A stretch of DNA of 64,000 nucleotides. It comes from Antechinus flavipes. Lineage: Eukaryota. Below the pieces are notes generated by a model, which saw nothing but the letters and a program-made list of their open reading frames with translations, ran no database searches and was not told the origin of the DNA. The DNA lies in assembly GCF_016432865.1 (NCBI RefSeq), contig NC_067400.1, positions 78,244,001 through 78,308,000 of the forward strand, written 5' to 3'. A program made the position numbers and the translations under genes. How positions within the stretch are numbered: position 1 is the first letter of the stretch; every line of letters starts with the position of its first letter. Shown here piece after piece: positions 1 through 13,727 of this stretch.

Positions 1-143
1 AACATGTAAAGGACTCTTGCCATCTGGGGGAAGGGGTGGAGGAAAGGAGGGGAAAAATCGGAACAGAAATGAATGCAAGGGATAATGCTGTAAAAAATTA
101 CCCTGGCATGCGTTCTATCAATAAAAAATTATTAAAAAAAAAA
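1..143 (+). mobile_element. L1 3' terminus with poly(A), cut by the window edge
   Basis: G-rich L1 3'UTR tract, ...ttctatcaataaaaaattatt(A)n, the same family end as at 45340-45410. Confidence 0.85.
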
Positions 144-279
144 TTCCTTCGGATTTAAATGTTCATAGGTGATAAAGCTATTTTTCAGATTTTTCTCTTT
201 ATATTATTATGTGTATGGCTTGAATGGAAGCAAATATAAAATGATTATTAAATTGCATTTGAAATAAAAAAAAAAAATC

Positions 280-1361
280 AAGCCATTCTCCAATTGATAA
301 ATGGTTAAAGGATACGAACAGACAATTCTCAGAGGAAGATATTGAAACTATTTCTAGCCATATGAAAAGATGCTCCAAGTCATTATTAATCAGAGAAATG
401 CAAATTAAGACAACTCTGAGATACCGCTACATACCTGTCAGATTGGCTAGAATGACAGGGAAGATAATGAGGAATATTGAAGGGGATGTGGAGAAACAGG
501 GACACTAATACATTGGTGGAATTGTGAATGCATCCAACCATTCTGGAGAGCGATTTGGAACTACGCTCAAAAAGTTATCAAACTGTGCATACCCTTTGAT
601 CCAGCAGTGTTACTACTAGGCTTATATCCCAAAGAAATCTTAAAGAAGGGAAACGGACCTGTTTGTGCAACAATGTTTGTGCCAGCCCTCTTTGTACTGG
701 CCAGAAACTGGAAAATGAGTGGATGCCCATCAACTGGAGAATGGCTGAATAAATTGTGGTATATGAATATTATGGAATATTATTGTTCAGTAAGAAATGA
801 CCACCAGGATGATTTCAGAAAGGCTTGGAGAGACTTACATGTATTGATGCTGAGTGAAATGAGCAGGATCAAGAGACCATTATATACTTCAACAACAATA
901 CTATTATGATGATCAATTCTGATGGACCTGGCCATCTTTAGCAATGAGATGAACCAAATCAGTTCCAATGGAGAAGTAATGAACTGAATCAGCTACACCC
1001 AGCAAAAGAACTCTGGGAGATGACTAAGAACCATTACACAGAATTCCCACTCTCTATATTTTTGTCCACCTGCATTTTTTTATTTCCTTCACAGGCTAAT
1101 TGTACACTATTTCGGGGGCCAGTTCTTTTTGTACAACAAAATAACAGTTTGGACATGTATACTTATTTTGTACTTAATTTATACTTTAACATATTTAACA
1201 TGTATTGGTCAACCTGCCACCTAGGGAAGGGGATGGGGGGAAGAAGGGGAAAAATTGGAACAAAAGGTTTGGCAATTGTCAATGCTGTAAAATTAACCAT
1301 GCATATATTAAAAATAACAAATTTAAAAAAAGAAAAAGAAAAAGAAAAAAAAAAAAAGAAA
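280..1361 (+). mobile_element. 5'-truncated L1 (disrupted ORF2 C-terminus, 3'UTR, poly(A))
   Basis: ORF2 C-terminal peptide LLLGLYPKEILKKG...WYMNIMEYYCSVRND, G-rich 3'UTR and A-tail. Antisense to ZDBF2. Confidence 0.92.
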
Positions 1362-1763
1362 TACTACTATAGAAGAGTACAAACTGTCAGATTCAACTGA
1401 TGTGTTGGCTAGTTTTGATGAAGGGTTTTTTGCTTCTTAATCCTTTTATTCTTTTAGTAAAAAGATTAGGATAACATCAGGAATAAAAGTAATATAAAAA
1501 AACATTAATATGAATTTACAATTAAGAGAAAGAACTTCATTATACCACTATCTAACCTTATCACCTCATCACACATCTTTTAACCTGACGATAACCTCTG
1601 AATTTAAATCTAAAATAGAAGGGAAAGAAAACCTCAACTTTACAAATCTGAATCTCACTTCTGAAGACAGAAATCCTACAACATACAATACTTGAGATAA
1701 GAGAAGACACAGGCTAAAAACACATTTCCGTCATGATCTGCCATATCATCAGGCAGCTCTTAC

Positions 1764-1823
1764 CTGTTCCAGGTTAATGTAGTGCATATGGCAACAGTTG
1801 CAATACCCTTGTCGGTTCTGCAT
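1764..1823 (-). CDS. ZDBF2: ZDBF2 (zinc finger DBF-type containing 2), first coding exon; partial CDS, remaining exons lie beyond coordinate 1
   Basis: The minus strand reads ATG CAG AAC CGA CAA GGG TAT TGC AAC TGT TGC CAT ATG CAC TAC ATT AAC CTG GAA CAG = MQNRQGYCNCCHMHYINLEQ, matching the recalled human N-terminus [20 protein letters not shown]. The exon spans 1764-1869, with acceptor ttcatttttcttcctgttAG, 46 nt of UTR, 60 coding nt and a phase-0 donor CAG|GTAAGA. Confidence 0.93.
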
Positions 1824-3261
1824 GATGGCTCTGCGAAGGCCAGCTGTCCCCTGGCTCCGAACCTTTAAGCTAACAGGAAGAAAAATGAACAACATTCCCA
1901 AGACCAGTAAGAAAACTGCTAAATATTTGTTACATTCTGTTGTTTTAATGGGGGACAGGAGGTGGAGGGCAGGTAGTTAAGAAAGGAGCAAAATCAAATG
2001 TTTTTTAATGAAATAAAGTAAGTTTTTAAAAAATTTTAAAGAAATTTACTTTACTTCCTATTCCCAAGATACTATGTGCAGATCTAGTGAAGCTATAACA
2101 GGATATCTAGCTCATCTCTGATAATCCCAAACAGTTTCCAGCATTTGGAAAAAATAGAGACTAGATTTACAGTAATTTTTTCAAAGTTAGTCATTTTTAA
2201 TATTAGAATTTGATTCTGTGAGAATTAATATCACCCTAGGGAAGACCATAATGTTTTATAAGAAAAATTACTTCTCTAAGTTACTAATACATCATGTACT
2301 TGAGCATATTAGTTTAATATTTGAAACATTTCTATTTTTGCAAAGTTCCTTTCATTTTAATTATTCAAATAAAGGATTTATACTACAATGTCAAGTGACA
2401 CTATAAATATATTCTTAAAAACTCGTTCCTACAATCTTATTCCTTATTTTAAATGTTTCCAAGCTCTATCTTTACTAATTAGATCAAAAATAAAGATGAC
2501 AAATGTTTAAAGTTATAACTGGAAGAGAAAGGAGGTGTGAACCTGTATCATTACCTTAGTAACTTCCAATGTAGACAAGAAGCTCATCTAAAACTTAAAA
2601 TCCCAAATAGTTGTCTGGGACAGAAAGTAGTGATGGGGTCTGCTCCAGTTACTAATGTTCATAGCAGATCTTACCATTCTAGTGGAATTTGAAATTAATT
2701 TAAGATTTGAAACTTTAGACAAATCATACTATAAAGATTTTATTCAGATTTAAGAAAATAGCAATATATAGGTGTGTTTTTTTAACTGATGTTTTTAGTT
2801 TCTCTAGAAATTAAAAAAATTATTTATAATAGTTCTACTATAATAATCTCGACTACAGATTACTATAATAATTTCTCATGACCATCTGGCCCTATGTCTT
2901 CTATGATGTTATTCAAAGGATTTCATAGGACTTAGGAGTGGAATGGCCTTTAGAAAATATCTATTCCAAATACTTCCATTTTCCTGATGAGGAAACAAAG
3001 GCCAAGAAAGGTAATGGCTTCCTAATGTTTAAATCACTACACTAATTAGACATCTGGCTTTTCTCAATATTGAAAATATTATTGTATGACTCTATAATTT
3101 GGGTCATTATAAGCAGAGCAGAATAAACAAGCCATTATTCTGCAACTGGAAAGATTTTTATCGTTAACATCAATGAAATACAAGATATAAAAGCCTTAAA
3201 TATTCAATTGTTTATATTCTTTAAGTTAAAATGTCCATTTCTACCCTTGGAACTAACTTAC

Positions 3262-3312
3262 CTGCAATTTCTTTCTCTCCTTTGAGAGCCTCTAATGGCC
3301 TGCTTCCAATAC
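3262..3312 (-). other. ZDBF2: Probable ZDBF2 5'UTR exon (51 nt)
   Basis: Strong acceptor ttcattttctttgtAG| and donor CAG|GTAAGT, 1.4 kb upstream of the ATG exon, with no ATG. Size and position resemble the short non-coding exon 2 I recall for human ZDBF2. Confidence 0.7.
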
Positions 3313-5004
3313 CTACAAAGAAAATGAAGTAATGTATACAATGAAAATATAAAGACATGAAGAAATGATCTACAAGTTTATCTTTCTCTTTACTGCCTTA
3401 CTAACTGAATGGAAACTACAATGCAAAACCCCTCAACTAGTTTTTTATTTTAATAAGTATAATCACCAGACTTCAAGTCTAGTTTTAATTCTGAGTCATT
3501 AAAAAATAAGTGTCTTTTAATGCATTAAGATTATTGAAGATAAAGTATAATTTCAACAAAAATTCTCACAAGTACATAAAACCAAGTTTTATATCATTTA
3601 TATCATTCAAACTTAATAATGTGCATATATTTTTTACAACTTCTCCCACTATACATTAATGATTACATTTAAAAAGTCCATGAACAAAATCAGGCCTAAA
3701 AGTACAGAACTACTATATAGGGTATTTCTATTATGTTAATAAAATTCTTAATTATTACAATTCTGACATGTACTTAATGTTCAAAATAGGATTCTAAAAG
3801 AAGAAACTGTCCTTCAAACTATTAAGCATTTAAATGTCCAATTTTTAAGTATAATGTATGTGAATTTAAATGAGTAAAATTCAATAGATATTAACAACAG
3901 CACAAATATAACCCCCCCAAAAATAATAATAGTGGAATACTTGTCACTCCTATGCACTACCATAGGCAGTAGCAAATAGCTTAAGGAGATGCACAGATGA
4001 ATAAAGATTTCAGCCCAAAAAGCCAAACAAGATTCCTGTGTAGTAGTGAACTCTACCATTTAGATGCCAAATGAATGGTGAAACATCTAATTAATCAGGG
4101 CAGGATGGTGGAAAAAAGTTTTAATTTAGAACCTATGTTTACACTAATCTGGGTGCTTGAATTGAATTCATCTATCTTGGGAGCTTTATTGTATTCCACT
4201 GGTACTGAGTATTTTAATAAAATTAATAAATACCCTACCTTAAATGGAAGAAGCAGAAGCCACCTCAGCAGTTGTAATCCTGTTAGACATCTGTGAATTA
4301 AAGAGTAGATAATTTATTTGCCGCAATTGCTATCTAGCCTTAATTACTGAATGAGTGGGGCCTCAGTCAGACTGAGACCTGATGACTTTAGCTTAAAAAG
4401 GTCAAGGTCTCCCATTACATCCAGGGCCATCTCCAGTCGTCCTGATATGGAACTGAGCACTCCACCCATATGGATCTGGAAGGGAAGGGGAGGCAAGTGA
4501 CCTTACCCAGCCCTTCTTCCCTTAAATCCAATTCACTTGAATGTCATAGCATTACCTCCTTGATGACCTGGTCCTCATCCAGATTATGATTACTTTCATT
4601 GACTAAAGTAGACCCAATGCTATCTCCAATAGTAAAGACAAAAGTCTCACCTTTATGCAATATTTCAACAGCAACAAGATTAGGAAAGATTACTTTTTAA
4701 ACAAAAAGCCCTTCAACAATTTTTCTGAGTTCCACTATATAACTTCATCAGAATGATGCTAGCTTTGGTAAAGATTCTTGAGCCATCAATCTTATCATGA
4801 AAACCTAAAACTTTAAGAAAGGAAATAAGAGCTACTAAACATACACTATAAGTTTGTATAACATAGCTCTTAGTTAGAATTAGAACAAGGGACAAACAAC
4901 ATGGGAATTTGTTTTGCTTTATTATGTTTATTTGTTAGCAAGCCTTAGTTTTTCTATTTTTGGGGGATTTGGGTGAAAATAAATAAATAAATAAATAAAT
5001 ATAT

Positions 5005-5007
<3 letters not shown>

Positions 5008-5037
<30 letters not shown>
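5008..5037. repeat. (GT)n microsatellite; others: (AC)n ~7063-7100, (GA)n ~10380-10412, (AC)n ~16805-16845, (AC)n ~18175-18210, (TG)n ~42111-42132, (TTC)n ~43619-43641, (AT)n ~46850-46872, (AC)n ~54530-54563
   Basis: Directly visible simple repeats. Confidence 0.95.
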
Positions 5038-5040
<3 letters not shown>

Positions 5041-7058
5041 AGAGAATAGAAACAATTCTCTATTGTCAGGGACATAGAGAGAAAAAAAGAGTAAATAAGT
5101 GAAAAAATAAAATTTAATTTAAAAAAATGAAAATACAGACACAAATGAAGACCTATATAAACTGATACAAAGTGAAGTTAAATACCACTACAAAAACACT
5201 AACTTAAAGAGGGGGAAAAAAGTTATACACACACACAAAGAAAATGAACAGTGAATAATTTTTAAAAACCACAGTTGGTCCTGAAGAAATATATGAGAAT
5301 GTACCTCCTTCTATTCTGTTTAAAAGAGAGAGAAGATAAGTGTGGAACACTGAAAAGGATATGAAAGTGTATGCTAGTGATGTATTGGTTAATTCCACAG
5401 AATTGTGCTTTTTTTTTTTCCTCTAATGGTTTTTCTTTATTTGCACAATTAATAATCAAATCAGAGTAAAATAAAAGGCTAAAATCATATGGTAAAGGAA
5501 AAAAAAAAAAGAGGAAGCAAAGTAAATAGTAAAGTCAAAGAATCTTTAAGACCAGAAGGAAGAAATAAATTATCTCAACACAAAATCCTTGATTTCATTA
5601 AATGTAAGGAATTAGCAATGTGAGAATTCCTTCCACTCCCACAGTTAAAATTCATGCCTAAGTCACAAATAAGTCAAAAGAGGAACAAACTGCTCTTGAT
5701 ACTGAGGAAGATTTGAACCCAGATATTCTTTACTATAAACCTAGTGCTCTATTCCCTAAGGCACCCTGCCCCTACCCTAAAAGAAAGAATTATTCTATAC
5801 AAAACAAGACATCATCTCAGATATTAGTAGTATGAATGTGATTTCAGATTCTAATCCAATCATAACTGAACAAGAGATTGTTCTACAATATCTCAAACAA
5901 GAGATTATTCTTGCCTTCCTGCAAAGTTTGTAGCGAGTTTCTAGAAGCCCAATAAATTGCCTCTTGAGGAAGACTACTCCACTCTTGGATAGCTTTAATC
6001 ATTAGGGACTATTTTTTAGCAATCAAGTTAAAATCTGTCTCTCTGCAAATTTTATCCATTGTTCTTAGTTCTGACTCCTAAAACCAATTAGAACAATGCT
6101 AATTCTTTCCTAATCAATCAATAACTTTTACATTAAGCATTAAGGTGTTACCTTGTACACATTTCAGTCTTTAAACTTCTTCAACCTATTTAGATTTTAT
6201 GCTCTTTCATCCAATTCTCATATGGCAAGGTTTACAGTTTATTCCCCCATCTTGATTGTTCTACAATTTATAAATGTCCTCTTTTAAAAATAGCACTCTT
6301 GAAAAAAGGTATAGCAGATTCCAGATATAGTCTAATAACAATAGAGTAAAACCTTGCCAGCAACTCTCAGCACAGACTAGGATCAAAACAGCTTTTTTGG
6401 CTGTTCGATAACATTACCAACTTATCCTGAGATTGCAGGACACTAAAATGCAGATTATTTCTATTTGAAATTTGTTTCTATCTAGCCTACCTCCCTCATC
6501 ACGTATTTGTAAAATTGATTTCTGAATACAAAGGTAGGACTTTAACATTTATCTCTGAAATTTTGCCTTAATAAATTTGTCTCATCATTCTAGCAAGTCA
6601 AATCTCTCTTAGATACCAACTTCATGACAAGACTACTGAGCCTCCATGTTATCTGGAGTTCTAATAAGTATTCTTTTATATCTCAATCAAATCATTATAC
6701 AAATTCTGTTATTGTTTGTCCTTCATTTCTTGAAGAGGACCATGACATCAGGAAGGTGATGCCAGGACATGCAAGTGAATTGGATTTAAGTGAGGGAAAA
6801 CTGGGCAAAATCATCATCAGCCTCCTTTTACTCCTCTGAATGACTCTCAATATGCTGAAATTTCAAAATATATCTTGGAGTTTATGGGCTAGGTTATTCT
6901 TTCTTAAGGATATATAACCCAAATAACTCTGGCTCTCATTTACTAGGCTAATAATAGGACCAAGTCAAGCCCTATTCGGTCACTGTTTGAGTCCAGATTG
7001 GCTCAGAGTGAATTTAAGCAGCAATTGTTTCGATTTGGGCCCAGATCCTGACAGACAG

Positions 7059-7090
<32 letters not shown>

Positions 7091-9572
7091 GTACACACAC
7101 AATAAATGATGGATAGATGGGTGGACGGATAGATATACACATAAATAGAGATAGAGACATAAACATTTTTTAAAAAGTAGATAAAAGAAGCCATTCTCGG
7201 TCTCAATTTTTATCTAGCCTTAATCATCTATTGCATACTGCCTCAGTCAAACTGAGACCTGTTAAAAGACAACAAATAATAAAACACAAATCCCTAGGGC
7301 CTTCCACCCCAGGATGACTTCCAAAAGTTAAGAGGAGCCCCTTTAATGAGTAGTCATCACCTATGGGTGTAGTCATTTAATCATTTCTAAATTTACTAAA
7401 TATCTTCCCATCTTGACTGTAGGAACTCCTTCCTGATCAAGAGCTGCTAAATGATGAAGTAAACAAGGAGTCAAAAGGAAAGTAACATTTTATATGAACT
7501 TAATTAGGAATCTTATCTTTTTAATCTTATCACATATTAACTTATTTTTATTTAATTTAATGGTCCAAGTATGTGCCCCTACAACTAACCTGAGCCTAAA
7601 CTACTAGATTGCCTGAGTTAAATGTAATAAATAAAGGTAGATAAGAACTTTCTCTGACTATTCATCAATAAGTTTTTATTTCAGTTACTTCTTATGTATT
7701 AGGCACTGAGCTAAGCACTGTGAATATAAACATTTTAACAATTTCTGCTTTCAAAGGGTTTTCACTTTACTCAAGGAGACAACTTGCACATATTTAAGTG
7801 TATGTGTAGTAAAAATAAGACGATTAAAAACAAAGTACTTAGGAAGAAAGGGCAACAGAAGGGAATAGAAAGGGTTTTTAATGTAGGTGAGACCTGAACT
7901 GGATCTTGAAGGAAAAGAGAGATTCTGTGAGATAAAAGTTAAGAAGAAGTACATTTTAGACATGGGGGTCAGCCTGAAGAAAGGCAGAGATTAGAAATGG
8001 AGTGCCATGTAAAAAGAATAGGAGACTGTTCAGCTCAACAGGAAGAAAAATAACTAAATGAGGTTTTTCTTTAATGAAGCTATCATTTCAAATCTCAGAG
8101 TTGCTTCGGACCTTGCCCTGGAAGCAAATAGTCAGCATATGAGAGGAGCAGGACTTGAAGCTAAGAGCTTTTGGTTTCCAGGTGATCTTTTTACCCCATT
8201 GCACCACACTATCTTTCACTATCTTTTTCATCTAATTTGTTGAGTACCCTTTGGAGGCATGAAGGTTTCTCTAGAACTTTTTCATTCCTCTTTTTTCCTT
8301 CACTGGAATTACTTCTGTTTAATCATCAAAATAAAATTCCTACATGTTTCACATTACTCCTGGACTAATAACTTCTCCCTAAGATTCTGAATATATTCAA
8401 AGGAATTTTACCTTTTTTTTTTCTCTGAATATGTAATCTCTTCTCCCACTACAATATGTATTCAACCATGCCCAGCTTTCATTCTCTTTTTTTTTAACTC
8501 TAAAATAAAGTCATAAGCTCCTTCCAAAGGCTTCAACATTTCTACTCAGCCAACAAATGAATCCATACTAATCATAATCAAGTCTAGAGTAGCATTTCTT
8601 CTTTTCCCAGCTTCCATCATTTTAAACATATAACTCTCTCACCAAGCAAAGACAAAATAGCCCTTGGCAAACTTGAATTTCTAATGTAGACAAAAAGAAG
8701 TTTGCTAAAATATTAAGTGACATTTAAAGAGATGACAAATATAATGATTTTAAGGAGAACACTTCTATGGTATAGATTTTGTAAAAAGATTAAATAGGGA
8801 GTCCCTGGAGTTGACCAAAAATGGCAGAGACTGGTCAGACTTTTAGGAAATCATTTTGATAGGTTGAGTGAAGAATTAATTGAATGACAGAGAAGATCAA
8901 CCGAAAGACCAAGTGTGAAGTGAAAAAGACCTATACCAGGATAGTGTCAGAGGAAAGAAGACAAGGACAGATGTTATGACACTATAATCAACAGCACTTG
9001 GTAATTGATTAGATATGGAGAGTAGTACAGGGAATTGACTAAGGAGAGAAAGATGAGGGGTTGTGACCTTGGGAAACTATAGTTAGAAATAGGAGACTAG
9101 AGGGAAGAGAAAGAAAGAAAAGGTCAGCTTGGACAAACCTGAGACCCATCCCCATAAAGATAATAACTAAATATATGGGAGGACAAGAACACTAAGGGAT
9201 GCTGCACAGAACCACAGGGGACTCCTAAGTAAGCCACGTGGGACCTGGATGGGCAACTAACAACAGAGACTAGAAGGGGTAGTGCAACAAACAGGCAAAA
9301 CAGGAGATAAAAACACAAAAATCTAGAGAATTATTAAAAAGAGGGAGCTGAAGAACCATCTCAAAAGGCTGCTGAGAGTTCAAGAAGAAAACAGATTAAG
9401 AAAAAGACTTTGATCTAGAAATTAAAGGGATCATGGGTAGATTTGAGAGGAGCAGTTCCCATTGAATGATGAAATCAAGAAGCCAGAATACTTCTTGGGA
9501 ATTTAGAAGAAAATGAGTGGGGAAGAAGTGGAAGAACTGATTACAGATGGCCATCTTAAGAAGTCTGGTCAT

Positions 9573-10230
9573 CAAAATGTGGCAGCCCATTTTGTAGTGG
9601 CTAGATACTGGAAAATGAATGGATGCCCATCAATGGGAGAATGGTTGGGTAAATTGTAATATATGAATGTTATGGAATATTATTGTTCTGTTAGAAATGA
9701 CTAGCAGGATGAATAGAGAGGCTTGGAAAGATATACATGAACTTATTATGAGTGAAATGAGCAGAACCAGGAGATCATTATACACTTCAACAACAATACT
9801 GTACAAAAGTATTTTGATGTATTTTGATGGGAGTGGATAACTTTTAACAAAGAAAAGATCTAATTCAGTTCCAATTGATTAATGATGGACAGAATCAGCT
9901 ACACCTAAAGAAGGAACACTGGGAAATGAGTGTCAACTGTTGGCATTTTTGTTTTTCTTCCGAGGTTATTTTACCTTCTGAATCCAATTCTTCCTATGCA
10001 ACAAGAGAACTGTATGTATCTACACACTTATATTATATCTAGGATATACTATAACATATTTAACATGTATAAGATTGCCTGCCATCTAGAGGAGGGGGTA
10101 AAGGGAGAGAAGGGAAAAGTCGGAACAGAAGTGAGTGCAAGGGATAATGTTGTAAAAAAAATTACCCATACATATGTACTGTCAATAAAAAGTTATGATA
10201 AATTTTTTTTTAAATTAAAAAAAAAAAAAA
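9573..10230 (+). mobile_element. 5'-truncated L1 with TSD, inserted in an old L2
   Basis: L1 ORF2 end and 3'UTR with A-tail. TSD AAGTCTGGYCAT at 9561-9572 and 10231-10242. Confidence 0.9.
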
Positions 10231-10375
10231 AAGTCTGGCCATGAAAGGAAGGAGTGATAAATAACAATAGGTAGTAGACAAGATCAGACCAAGTGAGGTT
10301 TTTATAAGGATGAAGGAGATATGAATGTATTTGTAGGCATCAGAGAAGCAACCAGCAGAGAAGAGACTGAAAATT

Positions 10376-10416
<41 letters not shown>

Positions 10417-12621
10417 AATAGTTACTGGGGCCTATCAACTGAAGAAGACAGGATGAAATCAGATAAATTATGTACACAGAAAGGTCTGCCTTGACAGAAA
10501 AGGCTACCTTTTCATTTTAGACAGGTGGTAGAAATAGTAGCAGAAAGTATTTGAACAAAATAAGATAAATCATAATTATGATCAAGAAGAATTTGAATTA
10601 TATCTAATTTTTTTTTACTAAGTCAAGAATTGCATAATTTATTTGAGTAACACTGCCATTAAAAAAAGAATGAAACCCAAAATGCGGTTATGAAGAAAAT
10701 TCATTTAGAAAACAAATTCCCTACCTATATCAGATAACTGAAATCACTGCATTTTATATCATTTTATAATTACTGAGGAGTTTCTTAAAGGCAAAAACCT
10801 AATCACTTCCAATTTTCTTATGAAGGCAGTTATTAATTGTAATGAACAATCACAGCCATACAAGTGCCAAAACACATTTCTGTTCTCTGTAGAAGAGGAG
10901 CAAACAGTGGGTGCATATCTGTCAGAAGCACTTGCTACACCAACTGTTTTTGATTTACTGTTTTTCTGTGTTACAAAGTTGAGTTCAATGGTGGAAACTG
11001 GAGGAAGGGGGGCAGAAAAAGATTATGGGTAAAAACAGAAAGCATCAATAAATAAACTAAAGTAAAATTATAAGTGTCCCTTTCCCACATTGTAATCTAC
11101 AAAGCTACAATAAAAATATATTTAGTGTAAGGGACTCATTCATTCTTTGAGAATTGCCTCAGTACTTCAAATAACTTTTCACCTGGAAGAAGCCACACAA
11201 ATGTGAGAATTCTAGAGATTCTCCCAAAGGTTTATAATCTACACAAAAGGTCATGGTGTACCCCAGTTCAGTCTAGTATCACTTATTTTTATGTGACTAT
11301 GACCCTCAAAAGGGGATCAAAATTACAACCTACCTTGCAAGGTTGCAATGAGAATCAAATGAGATCAATATCTCTAAAAAGCTCAGCACAATACCTGGCA
11401 GATTTTTAAAATTAAATAGTATTTTTCTGACCCATAGTGAATTTTAATCAAACTGCTTAATTATTTGATTATCTACCTGAGTTCTCAACTACAATCTTCA
11501 AAGTTCTTAAAGCTTTTTTTCATAAGGCTCGATCAACAAGAATGTGATGTTTTAATAATAATGTTTCCTATACTGTCTGATGGCATAAATTATTAAATAC
11601 TAGTGCTAATGGAGAGAAATTATGACATTTCTTGTGAGACTTTCAAATATAGACTATCCACTAAAAGCAGAGGAATAGCTAAATCTCAAAGTTGTTCACT
11701 CTAATTCTATTTATGAGTATGCTGTTTTTCTCTTTTCCCTTTACAAAATTAGCAGACTAATGAAGCAGGTAAAGAACTACAAATACATGAAGAGGATAAC
11801 TGCTGGAGCAACTGGGCAGGAAAAAAAAACAACACTAAAAAACATTCTAAAATGCACTAGTGCTAGAGAAGAAAGCCCCAGGTTATAGCCTGAAAAAACA
11901 GATGAATGCTTTTTGACAATTTTGCTTTATATTTTTCTTTCTGAAAAGAAAAATGAAAGGCATTTAATTAAATAAAAGTGTCTGCTGAATACTTTTAAGC
12001 CCATGAGAGGGAAAAAAAAAATCTTCATTTAAGATTCTTATCTTTTTAATTTTGTGTTTCCTAGTCTCAAATCCAAAATTCAACAAGTGGCTCCCATGTG
12101 CAATGAAATTTTCTAGGCCTTGCAGACAGAGAAATAAGATATGTTCCTTTCTTTCAAAAAACTTAACTACCTAATATCAAAAGCTTCATAGCATCACAAA
12201 TGCAAAGCTGAATTTGAAGAGGTTGCTCATTTTACTGAGGAAATGAAAACCCAAGAAGTTTAAATAACTTGACTTACCCAACATCATACTGGTAGTAAGT
12301 GGGAATACAGGCAGTAAGTCAGGAAGTAAATTCAGGTCTTCTGACTAGATCCAGCACTCTTGCTGTTGCACTACACTGAGATTAAAAAGGTAAATAAATC
12401 ACAAGGAAATCAATCAACAACCATTTATTAATAAGCACAAAGCTAGAAGACAAGAGTTTACAGATTGTCTGCAAAATCAGAATAACACCATGGAGTAGAA
12501 TAGAAACTTTTTTATTTACTAAAAAAGTCATAACAAGAAATTAAGATACTTGTGTTTACTGTCTAACAGTATTCACCAAAAATTGTATTTTTAAAAAAAA
12601 CACTAAAATTTGGAAACTTAC

Positions 12622-12638
12622 CAGAAATGTTAAAATAC
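12622..12638 (-). other. Candidate 17-nt micro-exon in ZDBF2 intron 1
   Basis: ttaattttcttgtAG|GTATTTTAACATTTCTG|GTAAGT; splice signals only. Confidence 0.3.
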
Positions 12639-13065
12639 CTACAAGAAAATTAAAGTTCATAACTTGTATCAAGTTAGACAATGTAAAATATATCAAAATA
12701 TTTAAATTTAAAATGGGTTATGTTCATAAAAGATCTTTAATTTTTTCATGGAACTCCCTTACTTTGAGGAGATGAGTTTTCCCGTAACCCAGAGTACAAA
12801 AAAACCTTAAATCATAAATGCATTCTAACTCAAACTGAGGGAAAAAATAATACATTTTTTTTATATCTACATGCAAATTTAATATTTCATTTTCACATGC
12901 AATACAAAAGAAGTAGTAGGTGCCTACTTTTCTTACCAGAATATGATACAGTGTTGGTATTTTCATCAATAACCTGTTGGAAAGATAAGTACAAAGGGCC
13001 CAAATTGCCAATTTAGTTTTATTAAGTCTTAAATATAAACTAAAGGAAGATTATTAGATACTAAC

Positions 13066-13190
13066 CTTAATAGTAGCCCTTTCCCCCATAAAATAAGACT
13101 ATTTCAAATATATCAGACATTAGATTTCAAAGTTGTAGTCTTTCTTCAGTCTCAGGACTTTAAGTCAATACAAACATCTGAGTTGGAAAC
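13066..13190 (-). other. Candidate 125-nt alternative 5'UTR exon
   Basis: Acceptor gtgtttttctgcatttttAG| and donor AAG|GTTAGT; splice signals only. Confidence 0.22.
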
Positions 13191-13344
13191 CTAAAAATGC
13201 AGAAAAACACAAGAGTCATTGTTTACGGACATTTTCTAGCAATCATTAAGAAAATGTTAAATTTCTTAAAACTGTCCTAACCATAAATCTACTTTATATT
13301 TATGAAAAACTGATTAACAAGGTATTAATTTTTATATAAAAGAC

Positions 13345-13727
13345 AAATAGCAAACCAGTTCCACTTGTTTAGTGATGAAGAGAGCCATCTATTCCCAGAC
13401 AGAGAACCGTGGAAACAGTGTGGAACACAACATAGCATTCTCACTCTCTCTGTTGTTATTTGCTTGCATTTTGTTTTCTTTCTCAGTTTTTCTTTTCCTT
13501 CCTTCTTCATCTGATTTTTCTTGTGCAGCAAGATAACTGTATAAATATGTATACATATATTGGATTTAACATGTATTTCAACATATTTAACATGTATTGG
13601 ACTACCTGTCACCTAGGGGAGAGAGTGGAGTAAAGGAGGGGAAAATTTGGAACAAAAGGTTTTGCAAGGGTCAATGTTGGAAAAATTATCCATGTATATG
13701 CTTTGTAAATAAAAAATAAAAAAGAAA
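13345..13727 (+). mobile_element. L1 3'UTR fragment
   Basis: Typical marsupial L1 3'UTR (gatgaagagagccatct...ggaacaaaaggttttgcaagggtcaatgttgg) ending in an A-rich tail. Confidence 0.8.

Noticed and set aside
1824-3312. Open frame upstream of the ZDBF2 ATG through 1824-1869 and 3262-3312
   Set aside because: There is no ATG in it, and the known protein starts at the MQxRQGYC methionine.
11740-11800. Plus-strand mini exon-like signal ending CAG|GTAAAG
   Set aside because: The acceptor is weak, it is antisense to ZDBF2, and such signals are expected by chance.
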